A stretch of DNA of 64,000 nucleotides from Macrostomum lignano (Eukaryota). Positions 1-10,076 of this stretch are shown here, piece by piece; within the stretch, counting starts at the first letter, position 1, and each line of letters starts with the position of its first letter. Where the stretch lies: NCBI GenBank assembly GCA_002269645.1, contig NIVC01003182.1, positions 49,595 to 113,594 of the forward strand, in the 5' to 3' direction. Both the position numbers and the translations under genes were made by a program. The notes beneath the pieces were generated by a model. That model saw only the letters and a list, made by a program, of their open reading frames with translations, had not been told where the DNA came from and searched no databases.

Positions 1-2160
1 CCCGCTCTTCCAGCTAACTAAGAAGGGAATTCAGAATTTTAAAGAGAAGTGGACTAAGAGCCATGATGAGGCCTTTGCGCTACTAAAGCAGAAAATGACA
101 TCAACCGAAGTCTTAGCTTACCCAGAGTTTACAGACAAGGAAGAAGTTTGAATGGTGCTTGACACTGACGCGAGTGATGACAGAATTGGGGCCTGCTTAG
201 GTCAGATACAATCTGATGGAGTTGAAAGGCCCATCGCGTACTTTAGCAGAGCCATGAAGGAATCAGAAAAGAGGTATCCAATCACAAGAAAAGAATTGCT
301 AGCATTAGTTGACGGAATGAAACACTTCCGATTCTATCTCATCGGAAAGAGATTCCTGGCAATAACAGATCATCGCGCTATTCTGTGGCTACTTTGCCAG
401 ACTGAAGCGCAGGGAATCCTCGGTAGATGGATCGAGAGATTAAGTGAATTTCAGTATGACATTGAACACCGCAGCGGTGCTAAACACACCAATGCAGACG
501 GACTATCCAGACGACCCGCAGAAAGATTAGAAAACAATTAGGAGACTAAGGCAGAAAAGTGCACTGAAGCTGAGACAGGTCCAGTACCTCCTACCATTAC
601 GGTAAACCGAAGTCAGACTAATATCTCAAACTGTAAGCACCAGAGCTGTCAGACTGATCCAATTAGAGAAGAAGTAGAAGACGATGAAGAGTACGAAGAT
701 GCAAGAGAGTATTTCGAAGATGAGGAAGAGTATTAGGATGCTAGTGATTATTTCGCTGATGATGAAGAAGTATATGAGGATGCGGAAGAAAACATTAGTG
801 AGACCGCTTGTCAGAAACTCCTAACCGACTATCTCTTCGTCCCGCTTAAGAAGGAGCAGCTGACATCAGCTCAGCAAGACGACCCTTCTATGAGGACGCT
901 GATAGCCTGGAAGGAGCAGAGTATCGAAATTGCCAGAAGATGCGACTAGAGAGTTGAAGCAGATGTTAAAGTTCTATAAGCAGATGAAGCTAGAAGATGA
1001 GTTATTGACCATAGATGAAGACGGGACACGAAAGGTCGTGTTGCCAGAGAATATAAAGAAAGAGGTATTCCGGGAGTTGCATGATAGTCCTCTCGCAGGT
1101 CACCTAGGTCGTGATAAAACACTTCAGCGCGTACGCAATCGATTTTGGCGACCAGGGCTAGCAACTGCAGTAGAGAAGTATATTTCGGAATGTATTTCTT
1201 GTTTAGAGAGTAAGGCAGGAAATAAGGTGAAGGCGCCAGTGCAGTCCTTTCCAATATGCGAGCCGTTTCATAGAATTCATATTGACCTGATTGGGCCGAT
1301 CTCAAAAGAGAGTCGAAGAGGTCATCGCTACGTACTAACAGTAGTAGATAGCACCACTCGGTTCCTGTTTGCATTTCCAGTGCGAAATCAGAAATTGGAT
1401 ACAGTGATTAAGATCATACAAGAAAGGATCTTTAGCGAATACGGACAATGTCAGTGGATCCACACTGACAACGGCAAGACATTCGTCAGTCGTCAGTTCC
1501 AAGCATTTTGTAGGATGTATGCATGGCATCAAGCGTACATGCACTACACTGTATCACGTGCAAAGTAACGGACTAGTCAAAAGATTCAATAAGCAGATAA
1601 AGTTAATAATAACTTGTCTAGTAGAGAAAGATCATTCCAATTGGGATTTGCTAATTCCCACAGCTTTGGTAGCTGTGGGCACTAGTGTGAACCAGACCAC
1701 TGGATTCACCCCACACTACCTGCTATTTGGTAGGGAGGCAGATCTTAGGATAGACACTAGACAGTATTATTCGAAGGCCAAAGCAGTATCACGATTATCT
1801 GAGCTATGTGCTAAACCATGCTGAAAGGCTCGAAGAAGCACAGAAACTCGTGCAGAAGAAGCTAGAGACGGTAAAGGACCGTAGAGAGGAGGACAATGCT
1901 GAGAACAAGCCACCAAAGCATGTACCGGTTGGATGCCTCGCATTCATTAACAATTCGCAATTACACAGTGAAGAAAGCCATAAATTTCACCGCAAGAAAA
2001 GAGCAGCATTCAGAGTCCTTGCAAGACTTTCCAAAACAGTATTTTGAGTAATATTTCGGGCAAACACGAAGATGCAGTCCAGTTTTTCAGATATACAATT
2101 GAACTCCCTGCAGCTCCATAGACCCGTCGATCACACCTCTCCAAGTCAATCTTGAGTTAA
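1..2160 (+). mobile_element. pol: Degenerate Ty3/Gypsy pol (RT end, RNase H, integrase), truncated by window start
   Basis: RNase H motifs LDTDASDDRIGACL and HRSGAKHTNADGLSR (152-541). Integrase H2C2 finger (LHDSPLAGHLGRDKT...CISC) and core (RIHIDLIGP, HTDNGKTF, SNGLVKRFN) are split over 930-1568, 1519-1824 and 1808-2047 by frameshifts. In-frame TAGs end at 541 and near 756. No LTR pair could be identified. Confidence 0.9.
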
Positions 2161-2223
2161 TACCGCAAAGAATATATATTGCAAGCTAGAATGGACGACG
2201 ATTTAGATAATTTCTAAAAGGAT

Positions 2224-2526
2224 TTGCTGGATGACTCCATGGATGAATTAGCCGCCGCCGCCGCAGCAGACCAGCCAGCTGAATGGCCAGCTGAGCCTCC
2301 AGCGCAGCCTCCAGCGCTGCCAGTTCGACCTCCAGACCAGCCGGCTGAGCCGCCAGCTGAGCCACCAGCTGAGTCGCCAGTACCGTCAGCTCGGCCACCA
2401 GCTTCATCAGCAAATCAGCCTGCAGCAACGTATGCGCCATCAACCAACCGATCGGCACCTGACATTGAGGAGGCGCCATTGCGAGCTCCAACAAGACCGA
2501 GAGTCCTATCAGGAACAGGCAAGTGA
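2224..2526 (+). other. Pro/Ala/Glu-rich low-complexity ORF downstream of the integrase, probably the 3' part of the same retroelement
   Basis: PAEPPAQPPA-type repeats in a GC-rich block directly after the integrase remnant; no recognisable domain. Confidence 0.4.
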
Positions 2527-3351
2527 CCGCCGGCCGCTGAACAATCATCAATTCCAGCCAAGAGGGCCGCTCTTCTGGATGCTCAAGCAAAGGCACCAAT
2601 CAAGTCCTTGGTCGTAAGACCATGCGCCGAAGAAGAGTGGCGCACCTTTCAGCTTAAGACTTAAAGACTTCTTCATTTCCTAGCATAAATAAATAGTATA
2701 AATAGTAAATAGTATATATAATAAATAAGTAATAAATAATATATATAATAAATAAAATTCTTTAGTAGACAAATTTAATAAAATGCCTCAGATATAATCA
2801 TAATAAGTTTTTCCTAACAAATTTTATAAGCTTGATAGGCATAGCTGCTTAACATATATTATTTCACTAATAATAATGCCAAAGTCTAGCTACCACTAAC
2901 ACTAAGCAAATATACTAAATTCATTACCCAGAATGTATGCATACAATTATAAATAGGTAGGCCTAGTTTTATTATCTTGTTGAGAACTTTCATTTTCTAA
3001 TAGAGCTTCCAATGTTTATATTGTAGGGGTATTTACTTATATAAGATTGGCTTTCACTGATTCAGTGTAGAATTTAGTAAAAATTTTATATATAGTATAT
3101 GGATTTCACTTGCTTTATATTCTAATAATGTCATTGAATTTTAAGATAAAAATATTTATTTAGGCCTATTATTTAATCAAAATACACCAATCTGTATATT
3201 ACTATGCAATGCAATGCGTAGGCCTAGCCATCATAAGGATTATAATTTATACATAATTAATTTGGAAAACAAAATAATTGGCAACTATGAAGTTGCATTA
3301 ATAAAATTATTTTGACTGGATAGGAAATAGCATTACAAAATAAGTCATAAT

Positions 3352-4074
3352 GGGTGCTGACTAGTTTGGTGACAAAAAAATTTGGCGACAGAGATTCATT
3401 ATGAACTAATTTGGCAAAAGCAAATTTGGCAACAATCAAAGCAAATTTGGCAACAATTAATGAACGAAAAACAATTCATATGATTTGGATAATTCCTTTT
3501 ATAGAATAGTATTCTGCAGATTAGCTTTCCTTTTTTAACTAAGTTTGTTTATCTATCATAATTTATTCTTATTGAGTTTTGTTTTTTCCAAGAAATTTTG
3601 TTAATTTTATGCTGAGCAGGCCTCGTAAGCAAAAACCTTTAGGACTTGGAAAAAATGAGAAAAATGATTTTCTTGTATGTCTAATAAGGTCTTTCTATTG
3701 TTTACAATTTTGGGAAAAAATTGCAAAATATGCCATGCAAATAAAAATAGAAAAATTAAAATATGTCAAGTGGCCCCCATTTACCACTCACATTTCTCAA
3801 GATGTGGGATTTCCAATTTAACAAAACACTTTTTTGGTTACTTCAACACGCTTATAATGTGCGCATTTATTTCACATTTTTTAAACTTTCATGTGTATTG
3901 TAAGAAAGCCTTTTTACATGTAATTTGCTTTAACTTGTCTTTATAGACTAGCTATGAAAAAAATGTGTCACCAAATTTGCCTAGATTGTTGCCAAATTCG
4001 CTTTTGCTTTGCCAAATTAGTCTATTTAGAATCTCTGTCACCAAATCTATTTGTTGCCAAATTTGCATGCATCC
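3352..4074. mobile_element. Non-autonomous DNA transposon (MULE- or hAT-like) with long imperfect TIRs
   Basis: 8-bp direct repeat GTCATAAT at 3344-3351 and 4075-4082. Termini GGGTGC / GCATCC. About 120-bp imperfect inverted arms built of AAATTTGG(CG/TG/CA)AC motifs. Confidence 0.7.
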
Positions 4075-5435
4075 GTCATAATAGGGGCCTAAATTATATT
4101 AAATAAGAATGAATTAGTTAGGGCCTAGGCCTAGGGCCTATTCAAGTATTCCCTATTCAATATAAAAAGATTTACAAATTTTAAAGGATTAATGGCTAAG
4201 CCTGACATTTTAATTGCTGCCATGACAAAATCTGCAAAAGCAATATTATATAGGTCTATTGAGAATTTATTATAAAAAGCAGCAACATCAAGTTACTATC
4301 ATAGATCATAGATGCAGTGTTAGAAAGATGCTCATTGCTCAAGCTCAACTTAGGCCCTAGTTTAAATAGTATAAAATAAAAGTTTGGTGACATAGATTAG
4401 GGCCTACAGCTATAGCCAGGCCCTAGGCTAAGGGAAAAATGGTGAGATAAATATGCAGAATATTTGGCTCTTAACGACTAGATCTAGATCTACAGATCTA
4501 GATCTAGATCTACAAAGGTGTAGGGCCTACTGTACACCCTATTCATGAACGCATAAAATTCAAAAAGCAAAACTATTTAAATAAACAACAAACTTTTTTG
4601 TCATTTCTTTTATTTCCTGTGCATTTGAGTAGGGCCTATACTTTTTCAAAGCATTCTTCTGAAAAGCTACGAGCATACGCCAAGTAAGCGAAATTTCTAA
4701 GAAACTGTCATTTTAAATTTATGGATTTCTAACTCCCACGGTCGACAGCAATTAGATTCAGCAGTTGACTTTTAACAACTTGCAGTGCAAATTCTATTAT
4801 TTTTTCTTTAAAAAAAACCAACAGGATTTTTGTGCCACAGATGAGGTTTAAAAGTGCATTCTGTTCTTAACCAAGACAAGAGAGTCATTGAAATGTGTTA
4901 GTTCCATTGATGGAGCTATAATTGCTGGCGAAGGCGGAGAGAAATCCTCGCAAAATTTATTTTTAGTCTGCAATGACAGGCCGGGAAATGGCTGTTTATT
5001 TCACTGCTTTTTACTATTCAAGTCACCAATTCAGCTTCATCACTTCTTTGATGAGGTCGTAACGACTCAAGCTGCAGAAAGCTGCAAAAATGCGCATAAA
5101 CAATTGATCACGGGTTCATTGATCTGAAGTAATTTTAAGCATTAGCAGCAGAGCATTGGCAGACGCTGCACTGCCAATATCTGCCATGCAGGTTGCAGGA
5201 TGAATGCGAGCATATCATTTCGATTCTGCGGCACTACCATACATTACAGTAGTTTATAATGTCTTGAGTTCAATTCGATTATTTTAGAAATCGAGAAGCT
5301 ATTTTTATTGTGCGAACCAATTGCGCGAATCGCTTGCGTGCATGGTAGGGTTTTGCACATAATATTATGAGTGTAAAATGTAGAATGCAAGCTATAGCTA
5401 TACATGTAAATACTATCACGTACACAGTAATTCAG

Positions 5436-5685
5436 TGTTCTGTTGTTGAATTAACGAACGCAAAAACAAGATAGATAATTATCCGGGCGCTCGGTGGCAC
5501 CAAAAGAAGGGGCTTGGCCAATAGGAGGGCGGCTCGTATATTTATGCACGCGGGGAAGGAAAGTTCTAGAAAGACCGGGGAAGGAAACTTCTGGAACTAT
5601 GCGTAAACAAGTCCGCGGTGGAAGTTTCTAGAAACGCTGTCCCCGAACTACCCCTACGCATCGCATGCCTTTGCAATACACAACA
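5436..5685 (-). repeat. 3' LTR of Mag element 1
   Basis: Direct repeat of 7859-8090 plus 9039-9056, adjacent to the PPT (minus strand AAGGAGGGGAAGAA). Confidence 0.93.
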
Positions 5686-5733
5686 TTCTTCCCCTCCTTC
5701 AAGGAGTCCAACAGTCCCCAAGCTTCACTTTAA

Positions 5734-6468
5734 TCAGTCCCAGCGGCAGTTCATGAAGCGTATCGGCGGGTGCCTGGCTCGCTCAGATCGGCGGGGCGCT
5801 GCTGTTCTTGCCGGAGGCTCCGCCGCCGGTGCCGCCGGTGCCGCCGTGCCGGCTCCGGTCGTTGGCGCCGAGTCCACCAGTGGGTCGAACCGCTCTCTCG
5901 GCTGCGCCGGGTGCGGCGTTCGGATCAGCCGCTGCTGGTTCCATCTGGTGCCGTCGCTGAGCTCGACCGCGTGGTGTCCCGCCTGACGGAGCACTTGTAG
6001 TGGCCGTGAGAGGCGGGTACCCAGCTTGCCCTTCTTGGTGGGCCGTCGGATTCTCACCCACTCGCCGGGGTGGAACGTCTCGGGGCGGGCCCTTCGCCTG
6101 GCATCGGTGTAGGCCTTGATCCGCTGCTGCCGCGCCTCTATTTGCCGCCGCAGTGCCTGAGGCGTCGCCTCGGTCGTTGTCATTCCCCCTCCGGGAGACA
6201 GCATGGTGATCGCGGTGCGCCACTTCCGACCCAGCATGAGCTCGGCCGGTGACTTGCCCGTCAGGCTGTGCTTGGAGCTCCGGTAGGCAGACAAGAAGTT
6301 GGTCACGGCGTCTTGAAACGGCCTGTTCTCCGCCATGGCCGCTCTGATGCTGGCGAGTAGCGACCGATTGAGACGCTCCGTCTGGCCGTTGGTCTGCGGA
6401 TGGTAGAGGCTGGTCTTGACGTGCCGGATGCCCTGCTCGGCCAGGAAGTCCGAGAACTCGCTCGATGA
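5734..6468 (-). pseudogene. C-terminal half of integrase (out of frame with gag-PR)
   Basis: SEFSDFLAEQGIRHVKTSLYHPQTNGQTERLNR...SPAELMLGRKWRT. The zinc finger and first two catalytic Asp residues are absent. Confidence 0.85.
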
Positions 6469-7846
6469 TGCCGTCCTTCTCTATCTTGTCGAGTTCGGCA
6501 CCGACCTGCTCCTGTCGCATGAGGGGCAGGCGGCGGAGTGGCTGCTGGACGGGTCGCACTGCTGGGTCGACCTTGGGCTGGTGTACAGCGCCGGCGCAGC
6601 ATCCTATCGCACCGCTGAAGGTCGTTGGGTACCGCGCCTGCAAGTCTGCCGTCAAGTCGCTGACCTCCGCGATTCCGGGCGGCTGCCCGCTAAGGTCGAC
6701 TCGGAAGCCCAGCTTCTCCATCAGGTCTCTACCGACGATGTTGTCGCCGCCTGGCGCAACGAAGAACCGGTGCTGCATCGCCTTGTCGCCGTAGCGCACC
6801 TCCAGCTCGGTGACACCACTTAGCTGGATTGGCAGTCCGCCGTAGGCACGCAGCTTCGTCGTAGTGGGAGAGGTGACTGCACCTGAGATCCGGTCGGCGG
6901 TCTGTCGGGACAGCAGCGATACCCTTGCGCCGCAGTCCACCATCAGGCTGACAGCGGTCCTGTCCGGTCCGAGTTCCAGCGTCGCCCGGACCTCCCTGTC
7001 GCCACCCGGCACTGCGTAGACTGTGATCACCTCGTCCGCGGCATTGACAGCAGCCTGCTGGCTGCGACAGCAACTCCGGAAGTGGTTCTTCTTGCCACAG
7101 GCGTCGCATGTCTTGCCCTTGGCCGGACAGGGGGTCGTCGGTCCGTGGTCTCGCCCACAGCGTGTGCAGGCGCCGCCGGGTTTGGCCGTCCTGCCAGCTG
7201 GTGCTGGGCGGTGCCTCCCCTTTGCAGCGACCTTCTGGCCCCTCGGCTGTCGGATCGATTGGACGGCTGCCGTGCTCGAGGTTGATGGCGCCATCGCCTT
7301 GGCTTCTTTGGAGGCTTCCTCGATGGAGACCGCGATGCTGAGTGCTTTCGCCAGGTTGAGGTCCTCCACCTTCTCCGTCAGCAGCCTCTCTCGGATTCTG
7401 GGGTTACTGGTCTTCTCAGCCAGCTGGTCTCTGATGAGATCGTCCTGTATTGCGCCGTAGTTGCACAGCTCCGTCAGCTCCCTCAGGGCTGCCACGAAGG
7501 TCTTGACGTCCTCGCCGGGTAGCTGCTGGCGCTGGCGGAAGCGATATCTGGCTACCATCACGTTGGGCTTCTCGCCGAAGATCTTCTCGAGCTCCGCCTT
7601 AGTTGCTGCGAACGTGTCGTTCTCCTTGATTGCTTGGCGTGCTCGAGCAACCCGCTGACCTTCGAATCCAAGCAGATGGAGCAGAAGGCTCCTCTTCAGC
7701 GGTTTCGCCTCTTCCTTCCCTTCGGGCTCCTTGAATTGGGCCGCCTCGTAATAAAATTCAAAGGCCTCAATCCATCGGCTCCATGGTACTGTCGGTGATC
7801 CGCAGTTCGCCAGGAAGGGCGTGGGTGCAGGGATGCTAGCCGCCAT
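5783..7846 (-). CDS. gag: Gag-protease ORF (687 aa) ending in a frameshifted tail after the RT N-terminus
   Basis: ATG at 7846 lies inside the PBS. Mag-type gag (WSRWIEAFEFY, LLHLLG, YRFRQRQQLPGE, LIRDQL), Cys/His knuckles (CTRCGRDH, CDACGKKNHFRSCC), protease VDCGARVSLL...IVGRDLM, RT start up to KDGIIER. Confidence 0.85.
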   Translation of the reverse strand: MAASIPAPTPFLANCGSPTVPWSRWIEAFEFYYEAAQFKEPEGKEEAKPLKRSLLLHLLGFEGQRVARARQAIKENDTFAATKAELEKIFGEKPNVMVARYRFRQRQQLPGEDVKTFVAALRELTELCNYGAIQDDLIRDQLAEKTSNPRIRERLLTEKVEDLNLAKALSIAVSIEEASKEAKAMAPSTSSTAAVQSIRQPRGQKVAAKGRHRPAPAGRTAKPGGACTRCGRDHGPTTPCPAKGKTCDACGKKNHFRSCCRSQQAAVNAADEVITVYAVPGGDREVRATLELGPDRTAVSLMVDCGARVSLLSRQTADRISGAVTSPTTTKLRAYGGLPIQLSGVTELEVRYGDKAMQHRFFVAPGGDNIVGRDLMEKLGFRVDLSGQPPGIAEVSDLTADLQARYPTTFSGAIGCCAGAVHQPKVDPAVRPVQQPLRRLPLMRQEQVGAELDKIEKDGIIERVLGLPGRAGHPARQDQPLPSADQRPDGASQSVATRQHQSGHGGEQAVSRRRDQLLVCLPELQAQPDGQVTGRAHAGSEVAHRDHHAVSRRGNDNDRGDASGTAAANRGAAAADQGLHRCQAKGPPRDVPPRRVGENPTAHQEGQAGYPPLTATTSAPSGGTPRGRAQRRHQMEPAAADPNAAPGAAERAVRPTGGLGANDRSRHGGTGGTGGGASGKNSSAPPI

Positions 7847-7857
7847 CCTCGTCGCCA
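7843..7857 (-). promoter_or_regulatory. Primer-binding site complementary to the 3' end of tRNA-Ser(GCU)
   Basis: Minus strand TGGCGACGAGGATGG just inside the 5' LTR; its complement CCATCCTCGTCGCCA matches my recollection of the eukaryotic tRNA-Ser(GCT) 3' end. Confidence 0.8.
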
Positions 7858-8090
7858 ATGTTCTGTTGTTGAATTAACGAACGCAAAAACAAGATAGATA
7901 ATTATCCGGGCGCTCGGTGGCACCAAAAGAAGGGGCTTGGCCAATAGGAGGGCGGCTCGTATATTTATGCACGCGGGGAAGGAAGGTTCTAGAAAGACCG
8001 GGGAAGGAAACTTCTGGAACTATGCGTAAACAAGTCCGCGGTGGAAGTTTCTAGAAACGCTGTCCCCGAACTACCCCTACGCATCGCATG

Positions 8091-9030
8091 TAGGGATTCC
8101 AATCCCGGGATCCCGGGATCCCGGGATCCCGGGATTGGGGCCAAAAATCCGGGATTTGAATCCCGGGATTTTTTTGGGAATCGAATCCCGGGATTTTTAA
8201 TCCCGGGATTGCAAAAGACCGGGATCGGGATCCCGGGATTTCAAGGCCTTAATCCCGGGATTGGTCCGGGATTAGAACGACCTTTCAATGCCTAAATTAG
8301 ATAATTTAAAGTCTAAACGTTTATTTGAATAATAAAACATTTATTTGTTTTTGCTGTTTCTCAATGAAACGTTAAACATTTGCAAAGCTCCTGTCCTAAT
8401 TGAGCTAAAAATTGTTAATGTGAACTGTAAATGATAGATAATTTTAACTTTTTTTCGTTTTCTACCACGAGACGAGACTGAGGGCCTTTTCATATTGCTT
8501 GCTCTGGTTCCAGAACAAGAACCAATTTGTGAAGTATAAACTTTTTGTCTCCATAACTAGAGGGAGATACGTGCTATAAAGTTTTTATTATTGAATGACA
8601 GTCGCCAAGAAGAAAGTGAAAAATTGTGCTAAGTGAGGCTGTTAAGGCAGTCAAATATTAACAGAGTTTAATAGTTATACTGCTGTTTTTCTTCGAATTC
8701 CGAACCAATTCTGGTTCTGGAATTGGTAATATGAAAAGGCCCTGAGACTCTGAGAGTCGCGAGACCATGACTACTGCACGCGGCACGCCGCACAGTCCGT
8801 CTAGCAATTTAGGGATTCCAATCCCGGGATCCCGGGATCCCGGGATTGGGGCCAAAAATCCGGGATTTGAATCCCGGGATTTTTTTGGGAATCGAATCCC
8901 GGGATTTTTAATCCCGGGATTGCAAAAGCACCGGGATTCCGGGATTTTGAATCCCGGGATTTCAACAGCATCGGGATTTCGGGACTATTCAATCCCGGGA
9001 TTGTAAAATGTCGGGATTTTGGAATCCCTA
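8091..9030. mobile_element. Non-autonomous hAT element inserted in the 5' LTR
   Basis: TIR TAGGGATTCCA / TGGAATCCCTA. 8-bp TSD ATCGCATG (8083-8090, 9031-9038), present once in the other LTR. Subterminal CCCGGGAT repeats. Confidence 0.92.
8482..8742. mobile_element. PIF/Harbinger-like MITE nested in the hAT element
   Basis: Perfect 15-bp TIR GGGCCTTTTCATATT; 3-bp TSD TGA (8479-8481, 8743-8745). Confidence 0.72.
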
Positions 9031-10076
9031 ATCGCATGCCTTTGCAATACACAACATTCAGCACATAATGTAAATTCTCGAAATTTAACAAATGTATTTA
9101 AAATTTAAGCAAATCCGGCTTTCTCCGTCTATGTACGTACACGTACGTGGTGAATGATATGCAACAAAACAATGACGTGTAATTAATTTAGCTAGAAATT
9201 CGGCACTCGATCGACAGACACTAAGCGACACTAAGCGTAACCCTGTACCGAATATTGTTATTTTGTTATAAAAAGGTACGAGCTAGAACCATATTTATTT
9301 CTTTGATGGCTATAAAGAAAGAAATTTAGAAAATTAGAACTCATAATGATTAATCAAAATATATCTACTAAAGAACTATAATAAGTGCTTTTTGAAAAGC
9401 GGCGCATTTACTTAATAGACAGGGTCCATAAAAATCGGACAATAGACAATTTTGCATTGTGCTTACCACTTAAAAAAACACTATTGAATGGAGTGTTCAA
9501 GTGTTGAACTTAATTCGCTTTTTTATTTTTGCCAGCTAGTAAGGCACTATATTATAAACACGCGAAACAATTAACACCTAAAAATTTATATGAATAATCT
9601 GCGACTAGACATACAAACAGAACCTTACACAGACTTATAGTATAAGCAGAAGAAATAGTTTAAGTCAGAAAATTATAATATAGACAGCAATGCAATTTTA
9701 AATATCTACTGAAAGTAGCAAAGTGTGCGTGTAAGCATTTAGATTACAGTAAGTAAAGCATTAAAAAAGGGTGCAAAAACCACTGTCTCATATGCTGGTA
9801 CAACTAAAAATATATTTATTTGCATAGCTATCTTTTTGTCTGAGACAGGAAATCCATAAAAACGTTACAAGTTTAATATGAGTTAGTAAGGACGGAATGA
9901 TATCGAAGAATTGTTATCAATTCGAATGTTTAATTACACTAAAATCTGGAAAAAAATTATAGGCGGGTATTTGTATCACTAAAATTTAGTAGATCGAAGA
10001 CAGGCAACAACACAAACAAAATTTATAGTTTTTATAGTTGAACTGGTCAATATAAGACACTGCTACTCTCTGCTCA

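Larger units (their letters stand above)
5436..9056 (-). mobile_element. Mag-clade Ty3/Gypsy LTR retrotransposon with internal deletion of RT/RNase H
   Basis: TG...CA LTRs of 250 bp (5436-5685; 7859-9056 once the 8091-9038 insertion and its TSD are removed), one mismatch seen. 5-bp TSD TTCAG (5431-5435, 9057-9061). PBS at 7843-7857, PPT at 5686-5699. Confidence 0.93.

Noticed and set aside
2600-2760. 3' LTR of the first Gypsy element
   Set aside because: A purine run precedes TG at about 2637, but no second LTR or TSD is available in the window to confirm it.
4470-4512. Tandem AGATCT palindromes
   Set aside because: Too short; an ordinary simple repeat.
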